IMG/VR virus record: IMGVR_UViG_3300021961_000149 | Coordinates: 1-48,763 of that record | DNA length: 48,763 nucleotides | Origin: a virus | Taxonomy: Duplodnaviria > Caudoviricetes | Direction: 5' to 3' (one strand) | In this document: positions 37,548-45,727 of the stretch, piece after piece | Position numbering within the stretch: position 1 is the first letter of the stretch | How the letters are laid out: each line of letters begins with the position of its first letter | The notes under the pieces: model-generated | Database searches by the model: none | What the model saw: the letters and a program-made list of their open reading frames with translations, nothing else | What the model was told of the DNA's origin: nothing | Made by a program: the position numbers and the translations under genes

Positions 37548-37723
37548 TGATGACTAAATGGGATACTATCCAAGAGGATATAAAAGATGCTTATGCTCAC
37601 TTAGATGATGTAGAAGAATTAGAACAAGAAGATGAAGAAGATTTCTTCGGATTTTCTAAGGCTATTGAAATTGACCACCTAACAGATGAGCAACTAGACA
37701 TGATTGGAGAGATGTTTAACTAA
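37547..37723 (+). CDS. Highly acidic 58-aa protein
   Basis: TAATG coupling; DDVEELEQEDEEDFF. Confidence 0.6.
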   Translation: MMTKWDTIQEDIKDAYAHLDDVEELEQEDEEDFFGFSKAIEIDHLTDEQLDMIGEMFN

Positions 37724-37878
37724 TGATACCTAACGGATTTGAATTAATAATATCTAATGACTACGGAATAGAGTTTGATAGTTTTCTAGGGGCTATCTAT
37801 CTACCTTGGCACACTATTGCTATTGCTACCGCCCTACTAATCGCCTATAAGATTTATAAGAGAAAGAAGAATAAGTAA
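37723..37878 (+). CDS. Small membrane protein (51 aa)
   Basis: Hydrophobic helix followed by KIYKRKKNK. Confidence 0.6.
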   Translation: MIPNGFELIISNDYGIEFDSFLGAIYLPWHTIAIATALLIAYKIYKRKKNK

Positions 37879-37985
37879 TGACTACTAATCGCATACTAAC
37901 TACACTAGTGCAACTAGGTATCGGGATACCTACGCTATACATGCTGCGCCTTGTGATTAAAGACATAAAACAAAACGGCTTATAG
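37878..37985 (+). CDS. Small hydrophobic protein (35 aa)
   Basis: TAATG coupling; hydrophobic core. Confidence 0.5.
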   Translation: MTTNRILTTLVQLGIGIPTLYMLRLVIKDIKQNGL

Positions 37986-38208
37986 TCGGCGTGTCGATTT
38001 GACAATGTCAGATCGGCCCGCAGTCTTTTGCGGGCGTTATCCACAGCTTTATGCACAGGTGTGGAAAACCCCTGAATTCTGAGCGTAAGTTATCCACATG
38101 ACCTAAATCACAAAAATAGTTTTCCGACACGCCCGAAAAACGGGTCAAAATGTCAGTGGTCTATGTTAGGATACTAGGTATCAAGATAAAAAAGAAAGGT
38201 GGTCTAAA

Positions 38209-38394
38209 ATGACTACACTAAAAATCAGAGAGATTACTCTCTCAAATGTAAGTGCCGATGAGGCAAATCTAATTGTCTGCGCTTTTTGCTCAGACTACGC
38301 AAATGAAATCTTTTGCGGTAAATGTAATGAATACAAGGGTTTAATGACTCTTGGTGAGTGGTTATCATACACTCAAGAAAGTTGGGTGATGTAA
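38209..38394 (+). CDS. Zinc-finger protein
   Basis: CAFC...CGKC; GAAAGGTGG RBS. Confidence 0.65.
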   Translation: MTTLKIREITLSNVSADEANLIVCAFCSDYANEIFCGKCNEYKGLMTLGEWLSYTQESWVM

Positions 38395-38498
38395 TGAATT
38401 TAGAAGAATTCAAAAAACACGTTATTGAACAACGTGAAGCGTCTAAAAAAGAGGCGCTTGAAATCCTATCCGCTACTATTAGAAAGGAAAATGAATAA
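38394..38498 (+). CDS. Hypothetical 34-aa protein
   Basis: TAATG coupling; MNLEEFKKHV... Confidence 0.5.
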   Translation: MNLEEFKKHVIEQREASKKEALEILSATIRKENE

Positions 38499-38587
38499 TG
38501 GATTATTTAGATTATTTAGATGAAATCTACGATGAGCTCGTAGATGAATTCGGTCATGAGATCGAATCGAATTGCACACACAAGTAA
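38498..38587 (+). CDS. Acidic 29-aa protein
   Basis: GAAAGGA RBS; MDYLDYLDEIYDELVDEF... Confidence 0.5.
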   Translation: MDYLDYLDEIYDELVDEFGHEIESNCTHK

Positions 38588-38814
38588 TTGTGTGATGTAA
38601 ATCATAGCGACACAACGGCGTGTCGGCTTGACAGCCCGCAGAACTGCGGCGTCGGGCGTGTCGTTACGGATTCGTTATAAAAACCCCTAAATTCTGTGAG
38701 ATTTATCACACGAATTGAGCGTCTCACTATATGGAATTACTCGCTAGTAATTTGATAAATGTCGGTGGGTTATGGTAAATTACTCTAGTAATCAAATGAA
38801 AGGTGGTCTCACTT

Positions 38815-38991
38815 ATGACCCTTGTCCTGTCCCCTCTCCCTCTCACCAAAGTATTTTTGCGTAGCACGAATACTTTTATTTGTTGCGATGAATTGCAATA
38901 TGCGATTTATTGCGATGAACACTTTTTATTTCAAGGTTGCGAATTCTGCACCGACTTTGATATTACTGCGGAAAGGTGTTTCTGCGAATGA
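38815..38991 (+). CDS. Cys-rich hypothetical protein
   Basis: GAAAGGTGG RBS; CC, CxxH, CxxC and CxC motifs. Confidence 0.55.
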   Translation: MTLVLSPLPLTKVFLRSTNTFICCDELQYAIYCDEHFLFQGCEFCTDFDITAERCFCE

Positions 38992-39107
38992 TAACAATTA
39001 ACTGCAAATATTGTGCTACACCTGTAACCTCAGCACAATTTGAAATTGATGATGTAATTTCATGCGACTTGTGCTGGAATGAATTAGCCGAATTGGAGAA
39101 TGAATAA
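38988..39107 (+). CDS. 39-aa zinc-finger protein
   Basis: CKYC...CDLC; ATGA overlap. Confidence 0.55.
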   Translation: MITINCKYCATPVTSAQFEIDDVISCDLCWNELAELENE

Positions 39108-39212
39108 ATGGATTACTATGATGACTACTATGAAAATCCAGAACCTGTTTATGCAGGTTGCTACTGTAAATTAAATTACCTATGTTCCGAATGTAAAAGG
39201 AGTTACAACTAA
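39108..39212 (+). CDS. 34-aa Cys/Tyr-rich protein
   Basis: GGAG RBS; CYC...CSEC. Confidence 0.5.
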   Translation: MDYYDDYYENPEPVYAGCYCKLNYLCSECKRSYN

Positions 39213-39394
39213 TGGCTAACATGGAATTACTTCAAGAAATAAAAGCAATGTCAAAAGCAATTCGACATGGCGATTCTGATTCAGGAAATGCTTATTTGCT
39301 TGGTTATATTTGGGCAACTTTAACGCCTGAGCAACAACAAGAAACATTTAATGAATTTAAAAAAGATTTTAAAAATGTTCCACGTCGTGCATAG
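39212..39394 (+). CDS. Hypothetical protein
   Basis: AAGGAG RBS; 60 aa. Confidence 0.6.
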   Translation: MANMELLQEIKAMSKAIRHGDSDSGNAYLLGYIWATLTPEQQQETFNEFKKDFKNVPRRA

Positions 39395-39658
39395 ATATGC
39401 AATGCATGCATAAAAATGCATGCGGATCATAGCTGAGGCAAAATGTCCGATTTGGGCCCCCTCTTTTGCGGGCCTTGTCAAGTCGAATTACGGCGTGTCG
39501 CAAAAAAACCTTGAAAATTCTTGTGATTTTGATCACCGTGTGATGAACCTCACACCGCTTGAGCGTCTCATTATTTGGAATTACTGGCTAGTAAGTAGAA
39601 AAATGTCAGTGGGCTTTGGTAAAATAGCGACATAACAAAAAAGAAAGAAGGTGCCAAC

Positions 39659-39874
39659 ATGGCAAACCTATACACAATCGAAAGCCTCTTAGTAGGAAAA
39701 ACTTATCGCTCAAAAACTTTGGTTGGCGAAATTATCTCCGCAGAAAAACACCCTGCCGCAATTTGGTATGGTGATAACACCGAAACCTATTTGGTAGAGG
39801 TTGCTCCGAATAGCGGATACAATAATTGGGGTCGCAAGACTTTCCGCACAATCGCAGTAAAGGTAGGTGAATAA
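39659..39874 (+). CDS. Small beta-barrel-like hypothetical protein
   Basis: 71 aa downstream of the 39604 promoter. Confidence 0.65.
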   Translation: MANLYTIESLLVGKTYRSKTLVGEIISAEKHPAAIWYGDNTETYLVEVAPNSGYNNWGRKTFRTIAVKVGE

Positions 39875-39876
39875 TA

Positions 39877-40020
39877 ATGGGATACATAGAAATTTTCCGC
39901 ATGAATGAAAATGGTGCTGGTTGGGTAGATTTATCCGAAGCCACTACCGCTGAATTGCTAGACCTAGAATTAGGACTACTCCATGAGGGAGCCCTATTCA
40001 CTAAGCCCGAAGCCGACTAA
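39877..40020 (+). CDS. Hypothetical 47-aa protein
   Basis: AGGTAGGTG RBS; MGYIEIFRM... Confidence 0.55.
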   Translation: MGYIEIFRMNENGAGWVDLSEATTAELLDLELGLLHEGALFTKPEAD

Positions 40021-40075
40021 ATGTCGGTGGTGGGTGCTATAATCTGATTTACCAAAACACGAAAGGAAAACTAAA

Positions 40076-40231
40076 ATGGCTAAAATGAAAAATCTACTAT
40101 TCGCAATAGAACAATGCGATATTTGCGAGGGCAAAGGTATCTCTGGTGCGTGGGTATCGCCAGACGGAGATTATGATTTCGAATGGTGCGAATGTAATAC
40201 TGAACACCTAATCCCTGCGGAGAATTTCTAA
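40076..40231 (+). CDS. 51-aa zinc-binding protein
   Basis: CDICEGKG...CEC; ACGAAAGGA RBS. Confidence 0.6.
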   Translation: MAKMKNLLFAIEQCDICEGKGISGAWVSPDGDYDFEWCECNTEHLIPAENF

Positions 40232-40351
40232 ATGGAAATTTTTATCTGCTCTGGTTGCTCAACACTTGCCACCTTGTCGGTGGTAGGTGATACAATACAA
40301 ATAACAAAATGCCAATGTCAAACTAACGAAAGGGAAAACCTAAATGACTAA
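40232..40351 (+). CDS. 39-aa Cys protein overlapping a promoter
   Basis: CSGC...CQC; contains the 40275 promoter. Confidence 0.4.
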   Translation: MEIFICSGCSTLATLSVVGDTIQITKCQCQTNERENLND

Positions 40352-40556
40352 CTATAAAATAACTGTGGCGTATGATGAAAATGCTCCACACTTCACAAAT
40401 ACATATTCAGATGAACTACAAGCACACACCGAGTTTGCTAAGTTTATTGACTGGGGCTTTGCTGATGAATACGCAACTGTAAATCTATTTACACCTAGCG
40501 GAAAATGCTACACAAAAGTATTTTATCGTGAAGGTAGAAGGGTGGTAATTAAATAA
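40344..40556 (+). CDS. Hypothetical protein
   Basis: AACGAAAGG RBS; 70 aa. Confidence 0.7.
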   Translation: MTNYKITVAYDENAPHFTNTYSDELQAHTEFAKFIDWGFADEYATVNLFTPSGKCYTKVFYREGRRVVIK

Positions 40557-40747
40557 TGATGACCCGTAAAGATTATATTGCTACCGCAGAAATTCTAAAG
40601 TATGCCAGCAACAAAACTCACCCTGCTGTATTTTCTAAAATTGTAAATGATTTCGCTGAAATGTTTGCGAAAGATAATGAGCGATTTGATGTAAAACGAT
40701 TTCACGAAGCGAGTGGGTATCATGTTCCAAATTTCTCTTCGAGATAA
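40556..40747 (+). CDS. Hypothetical protein
   Basis: MTRKDY...DNERFDVKRF; TAATG coupling. Confidence 0.7.
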   Translation: MMTRKDYIATAEILKYASNKTHPAVFSKIVNDFAEMFAKDNERFDVKRFHEASGYHVPNFSSR

Positions 40748-40853
40748 AGTAAAACGCATTCAGGAATTGCGTCGCAGTAATGCGGCGCAACCTGTTCGCA
40801 ATAAAAAAAAATACACACGCAAAATAAAACATAAAAATAAACTTGACAATTGA
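40722..40853 (+). CDS. 43-aa very basic protein
   Basis: MFQISLRDKVKRIQELRRSNAAQPVRNKKKYTRKIKHKNKLDN. Confidence 0.5.
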   Translation: MFQISLRDKVKRIQELRRSNAAQPVRNKKKYTRKIKHKNKLDN

Positions 40854-40989
40854 TCGGTGGCCCGCAAAGCTGCGGAGTCGGGCGTGTCGTTACGGGTGTG
40901 ATCAAAATCACCCTGAATTCTGAGGCGTGGCGTGGAAAATGTCAGTCCGTTCTGTTATAATTGCAATTCACCGAACGAAAGGTCAACTC

Positions 40990-41214
40990 ATGAAATATGA
41001 AAATGACGAATTCTATGACGAATTCTATGCCACAACCGAACCCGTAATCATTGCTAACTGTGCAGATTGCAGAGATGAAACCGAACTATTAGACGGAATC
41101 ATTTGCTGGACTTGCTCTCTTGAGCGTTCTGAAATGAAATTCTTTGATTTATTTGAAAGAGATGAATTCCGTATGCAGTCTCGTATGGCCGATGCAGAAA
41201 TGGGGGATTTATAA
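40990..41214 (+). CDS. Acidic zinc-finger protein
   Basis: AACGAAAGG RBS; CADC...CWTC. Confidence 0.65.
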   Translation: MKYENDEFYDEFYATTEPVIIANCADCRDETELLDGIICWTCSLERSEMKFFDLFERDEFRMQSRMADAEMGDL

Positions 41215-41243
41215 TGTCAGAGGTCTCCGCTATAATTACCCCC

Positions 41244-41960
41244 ATGTTAAAACGTTCTAACGATAGAAAGGTCGCTAATGCCGTCTCCCCAAATGGAAAA
41301 ACCCCAACAATTGCCAACACTTTTGGATTGCCTGCTGGTAAGGCTTTCTCGTGTCCTGGTGCCACTAGTATTTGTGAAAGCGTCTGCTATGCAGGAAAAC
41401 TCGAAAAGGTCTATAAGGGCGTAAGGGCCGTACTTTTACACAATTGGGAATTGCTACGCAATGCGGACCAACCTACTATGGTTAACTTAATTGAAGATAT
41501 GATTGCAGACTTTAAAAAAGACTGCGTCAAGCGCAATGCTAAAATGCTCTTCCGTATCCACTGGGACGGCGATTTCTTTAATGATACGTATGCATATGCC
41601 TGGAAGACCGTTATCGAAAACAATAGCGACGTGCAATTTTGGGTTTATACACGAGTAAAGTCTGCAGCGCTTATTCTTAAGGATGTTTCTAACCTATCTC
41701 TTTACTATTCAACCGATGATGAGAATAAAGAAACGGGCCACGAATTAAAACGTGATAACGGTATCCGTCTTGCTTATCTAGGTAAGACATTCGCAATGAC
41801 AGAAAGTGTCATGAAAGAATTAACGGGCAAGCCTGGTGCTAAGTGTCCTGAAAATAATAAAAGCATTCCGCTAATTTCAACTAACGGTTCTGCATGTGTG
41901 TCATGTGGATTGTGTGTTTATGGTAAAGCGGATATTAGATTTAGCGCAACTAAGAAATGA
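41244..41960 (+). CDS. Gp88-like (radical-SAM-like, Cys-rich) protein
   Basis: FGLPAG..SCPGAT..C..VCYA, FRIHWDGDF and FWVYTR motifs; leaderless start 7 nt after TATAAT. Confidence 0.75.
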   Translation: MLKRSNDRKVANAVSPNGKTPTIANTFGLPAGKAFSCPGATSICESVCYAGKLEKVYKGVRAVLLHNWELLRNADQPTMVNLIEDMIADFKKDCVKRNAKMLFRIHWDGDFFNDTYAYAWKTVIENNSDVQFWVYTRVKSAALILKDVSNLSLYYSTDDENKETGHELKRDNGIRLAYLGKTFAMTESVMKELTGKPGAKCPENNKSIPLISTNGSACVSCGLCVYGKADIRFSATKK

Positions 41961-41970
41961 GGAAATAAAA

Positions 41971-42096
41971 ATGGCGGAGCTCAAATATTTTAATGCATTA
42001 ATAAATTCCGTGGTTGGTAACGATGAAGAGAGAAAAGCTGCTAAAGAATATTTAGCAGAGGTGGATCCTGAAGTCTGGGGAGATTCTCCAGACTGA
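41971..42096 (+). CDS. Hypothetical 41-aa protein
   Basis: GAGGA RBS; MAELKYF... Confidence 0.5.
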   Translation: MAELKYFNALINSVVGNDEERKAAKEYLAEVDPEVWGDSPD

Positions 42097-42259
42097 AGGG
42101 CCCGCAATACTGCGGGGTTTTCCACAGGCTTACGGCTTGCTTGTGGATAACCCTGAAAATGTGAGAAACTTCACAAAAGCTGCGACACGCCGAGGCTTAA
42201 TTGGTAAATGTCGGTGGCTTAGTGTAAAATACCATTATTCAACCAACGAAAGGCAACAA

Positions 42260-42466
42260 ATGATAAAAGTAGAACACTCTCTCCGATTCATAACTGAGTT
42301 TGATGAAACTCATCCAGTAGCACAACGCTTCCTATCACTAGATAAAGATTCACAAATTGGTATGCTTGAAGGCATGCTAAAAGAACTTATTGTTCCCGCA
42401 ATTAAACCAACCATTGACGAAATTAACGCAGGCGGTTCATACGCAATTCTAAAGGTGGCTAACTAA
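42260..42466 (+). CDS. Hypothetical protein
   Basis: CAACGAAAGG RBS; start MIKVEH. Confidence 0.7.
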   Translation: MIKVEHSLRFITEFDETHPVAQRFLSLDKDSQIGMLEGMLKELIVPAIKPTIDEINAGGSYAILKVAN

Positions 42467-42741
42467 TGTTATCAACTGCCCTTGAAATCCTAGACGCAAC
42501 TAAAGATAGCATGTTTGACGATGAGATTATGTATCTCGCAGGCGAACTACACACACGCAGAAATGAACTTCCCGATGAGATTTTTGCTAAATACTTATTT
42601 ATGTATTCATCGGCACTATCAGCAAAGGTGGCAGATAGCATTACTAAAATCTTGCTAACCAAAGAGGAAATGTCAGCCCTATGTGATAGTATTGACGAAA
42701 TGGAAAACCTATCCGAAACTATCCTAGAGGAGAACGAATAA
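42466..42741 (+). CDS. Hypothetical protein
   Basis: TAATG coupling; 91 aa. Confidence 0.7.
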   Translation: MLSTALEILDATKDSMFDDEIMYLAGELHTRRNELPDEIFAKYLFMYSSALSAKVADSITKILLTKEEMSALCDSIDEMENLSETILEENE

Positions 42742-43019
42742 TGGGAAGCAATATGGCATATGACTTGGCTAGTAATGACTTACTAGACTTGGACTTAGAA
42801 ACACAACTAGAAATCCACTTAACTAGTAATCACTATCCACCCGTTCCTATCAGCATGGTCGCACCTTGTATTGATGCTATCGATGCTTACTATGATGAGG
42901 ACTATGACAGATTAATTAAACTACCTGAAGGCGTGTCTTGGAGGGGTCAAAATACTTCTCCTGCCTACGCCCTTGTAGATGCTCACCACTTATCAGCATG
43001 GCTTCCTGAAGCCGAGTAG
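42741..43019 (+). CDS. Hypothetical protein
   Basis: HLTSNHYPP...HHL; GAGGAG RBS. Confidence 0.7.
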   Translation: MGSNMAYDLASNDLLDLDLETQLEIHLTSNHYPPVPISMVAPCIDAIDAYYDEDYDRLIKLPEGVSWRGQNTSPAYALVDAHHLSAWLPEAE

Positions 43020-43130
43020 CGGGATCAAGGGTGTGAGGCAACTCACACTCTTGGTATCTCATATAATAAGATTGGGGTAGATAAATGTCAGACCCCTTTG
43101 GTATAATAATCGCCTAACGAAAGGAAACAA

Positions 43131-43283
43131 ATGACAACAACGCTAGAAATCGGACAGACCTACACAACCGCAAAGTCGGGAGTAGTCGGAGTAATCAAGG
43201 CAGTAGATAACCACCCTTCAGGTGTGGCTCGTGTGCTACTTGATGTAAATGGTTCAGAGCGTTGGACTTCAGTAGAAGTCTAA
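43131..43283 (+). CDS. 50-aa SH3-like protein
   Basis: AACGAAAGGA RBS; YTTAKSGVVGVI, similar to 43902..44084. Confidence 0.65.
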   Translation: MTTTLEIGQTYTTAKSGVVGVIKAVDNHPSGVARVLLDVNGSERWTSVEV

Positions 43284-43412
43284 CAAACTATCGAAACAGG
43301 GGCAGTTTAGGAAGTGTTCTAGCCCAATGTCGTAAGGGAGAACTTCCCCCCTTCGGGGGTTGTCAGACCCACCTGCTATAATAATCAACCAACCAAACGA
43401 AAGGAAAAACAA

Positions 43413-43835
43413 ATGGCTAGAGGTAAAGCGATAAATGTAAAAATCGCAACTGCTAAGGTTATCAAAGCCTTAGAAACTAAATTGGCACAAGTAAATGCTG
43501 ATTACTCAAAGCAAGACGAATACGAAGCAAAGTATCAGAAGTCCGTTGAGAAATGGAACAAAGAAATTGCTAAGTTTGCTATTGCTCAAATTGCTAAAGC
43601 ACAAAATCTCCGCACCAACTATCGTAATTGGAACAACACTCTTAATGTTGATTTTGATTTAATTGTTGAGGAAAAAGATTTCCCTAAGCAACCTGAGCGT
43701 GATTTTGAGCAAATCCACCGCCACACTTACAATGAGATGAAAGAGGAACTAGAGAACGCTATCCGTATTCTGAAAATGACAGATGAGGAAATGGTTTCTA
43801 CTTCTACTTACAACGCTATTGCTCGTTATCTTTAA
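43413..43835 (+). CDS. Hypothetical coiled-coil protein
   Basis: 140 aa; own promoter and AACGAAAGGA RBS. Confidence 0.75.
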   Translation: MARGKAINVKIATAKVIKALETKLAQVNADYSKQDEYEAKYQKSVEKWNKEIAKFAIAQIAKAQNLRTNYRNWNNTLNVDFDLIVEEKDFPKQPERDFEQIHRHTYNEMKEELENAIRILKMTDEEMVSTSTYNAIARYL

Positions 43836-43901
43836 GAGATGAGCAAAGTCCTGAGTATGACTATAAACTGCTCAACCCACCTACTAACGAAAGGAAATCA
43901 A

Positions 43902-44084
43902 ATGTCGCCAATACTAGATGTAAAGCGTGGTCGCTTCTACCGAAAGGGAGATGTATTCACCACTGGTAAATCAGGTATTACAGGTAGCATAACTGAGATT
44001 ATCTCTATCCGACCTAATCTAACTAAACTAAGATTAGATACTGGTAGCGGTATGCGCTATGCTATGGTAAAAATCGGTAAGTAA
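43902..44084 (+). CDS. 60-aa SH3-like protein
   Basis: AACGAAAGGA RBS; FTTGKSGITGSI. Confidence 0.65.
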   Translation: MSPILDVKRGRFYRKGDVFTTGKSGITGSITEIISIRPNLTKLRLDTGSGMRYAMVKIGK

Positions 44085-44225
44085 TGCTATAATAAGTAAA
44101 TTCGCCAGGCTGATTAGGGCGATAATAGAAATACTATAGAGCAGGGTACTGCCGCCCGAAAGACGCAGACCTCCTGAGCATGAGCCAAAACTGCTCACCA
44201 ACATCCCTACTACAGAAAGATAAAA

Positions 44226-44468
44226 ATGAAAAATCGTTATCGTGTTGAAATCTATGACGAAGTAAAAGCAAATGATTTAACTATTTATTCAGAGCAAGGT
44301 GTGGATAAAGAATATTTAACCGAATTAGTATTTTCTAATTTGCGCCGTTTCTCTGGTAATGTTCGTGCTTATGTTTTTGATAATCTAAAGAAAAAGAAAA
44401 CAACTGCACTATTTTTGCCAATGGAAGTTATTCCTAAGAAAACTGAACTAACTAAATTGCTTGGCTAA
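44226..44468 (+). CDS. Hypothetical protein
   Basis: 80 aa; followed by a GGGGCGGA/TCCGCCCC hairpin. Confidence 0.65.
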   Translation: MKNRYRVEIYDEVKANDLTIYSEQGVDKEYLTELVFSNLRRFSGNVRAYVFDNLKKKKTTALFLPMEVIPKKTELTKLLG

Positions 44469-44676
44469 AGTCTTGGGGCGGATCTTATTCCGCCCCATTT
44501 CCCAAGCTGGCCCGCAAAGCTGCGGGGTTATCCACAGCCTTACGACAGTTATCCACAACCCCCCGAAATTTGTGAGATTGATCACATGAGACAATTCGGA
44601 CAAATGACTAACTAACCTTGTAAATGTCAGACCCTTATGTTATACTCAATCTAACTACAATCGAAAGGATAAATTC

Positions 44677-45681
44677 ATGGCTCATAACCTTGAAACAAAT
44701 GGCGACCAAGTTGCCTTTGCTTTGCGTGGAACTCCCGCATGGCACAATCTCGCTAATCGTATCTTCTCACAAGATGAAGATGTTAGCACTCAAACAATGC
44801 TTGATGAAGCAAAACTTTCCAACTGGAATGTTCGCTTATCTCCATTGACCGACCATATCTCTACTGAATGGAATGATGTTTCTAACGCTCAGTTAGTTAT
44901 TCGCACAAATCCATTTAATAGTGGAACTGATGTTCTCGCTACTGTTGGTAAGCGATATAAGCCTGTTCAAAATGAAGAACTATTTGCTTTCGCAGATAAT
45001 ATTCATGACGCAGACCCTAATTGCCGTTGGGAATCTGCTGGCTCTCTAAAGAATGGTAAAGTTGTATTTGGAACTGTTGATATTCCACGCACAATGGTAT
45101 TAGACCCACAAGGTGCTAATGACCAAACCAAACTTTATCTTATCGTATGGACTTCACACGATGGCTCTGTTGCTGTTCAGGCAGCGATTACACCTGTTCG
45201 TGTTGTATGCCAAAACACTTTGAATCTTGCTATGCGTAATGCTAAGCAATCTTTCAAGATTCGCCATACACAATCTGTTGAAGGTCGCATTCAAGTTGCT
45301 CGTGAGACTCTTGGTCTTGCTCTTGGATACTTTGATGAATTCGAAAAAGAAGCGCAGGAACTCTTTAAGCAAGAGATTACTAACGCTGAATTCTCTAAGT
45401 TGATTACTTCAATTTATCCTAAGCCTGAAAAGGACTCTAAGGGTGCTTTGAAAAAGTGGGAAAATAAAGTTGTCTTAATTGATGACCTTTATCATAACTC
45501 ACCAACTAACGCTAATATTAAAGGCACAAAGTGGGGTGCGTTTAACGCTCTTACTGAACGCCTTGATTATTTCCGTTCAGGTCGTGGCAATTCTGAATCA
45601 CTAATGGCTGGTGCTTCAGGCTTTGACCCAATTCTCACCGCTGAGAAAAATAAACTTCTCAAGTTGGTAAAAGCGTTTTAA
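44677..45681 (+). CDS. DUF932-family phage/plasmid protein (TIGR03299-like)
   Basis: MAHNLE..PAWHNL, YKPVQNEE, SHDGS, RVVCQNTL, IRHT and GTKWGAFNALTE motifs. Confidence 0.85.
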   Translation: MAHNLETNGDQVAFALRGTPAWHNLANRIFSQDEDVSTQTMLDEAKLSNWNVRLSPLTDHISTEWNDVSNAQLVIRTNPFNSGTDVLATVGKRYKPVQNEELFAFADNIHDADPNCRWESAGSLKNGKVVFGTVDIPRTMVLDPQGANDQTKLYLIVWTSHDGSVAVQAAITPVRVVCQNTLNLAMRNAKQSFKIRHTQSVEGRIQVARETLGLALGYFDEFEKEAQELFKQEITNAEFSKLITSIYPKPEKDSKGALKKWENKVVLIDDLYHNSPTNANIKGTKWGAFNALTERLDYFRSGRGNSESLMAGASGFDPILTAEKNKLLKLVKAF

Positions 45682-45695
45682 TTAACGCTTAACTA

Positions 45696-45727
45696 ACGGG
45701 GGAGAGAAATCTCCCCCGTTTTTATTT
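45696..45727 (+). terminator. Intrinsic terminator
   Basis: AACGGGGGAGA-GAAA-TCTCCCCCGTT followed by TTTATTT. Confidence 0.75.

Noticed and set aside
43841-44197. Hammerhead ribozymes, suggested by CTGA motifs
   Set aside because: No CUGANGA plus GAAA core with three stems
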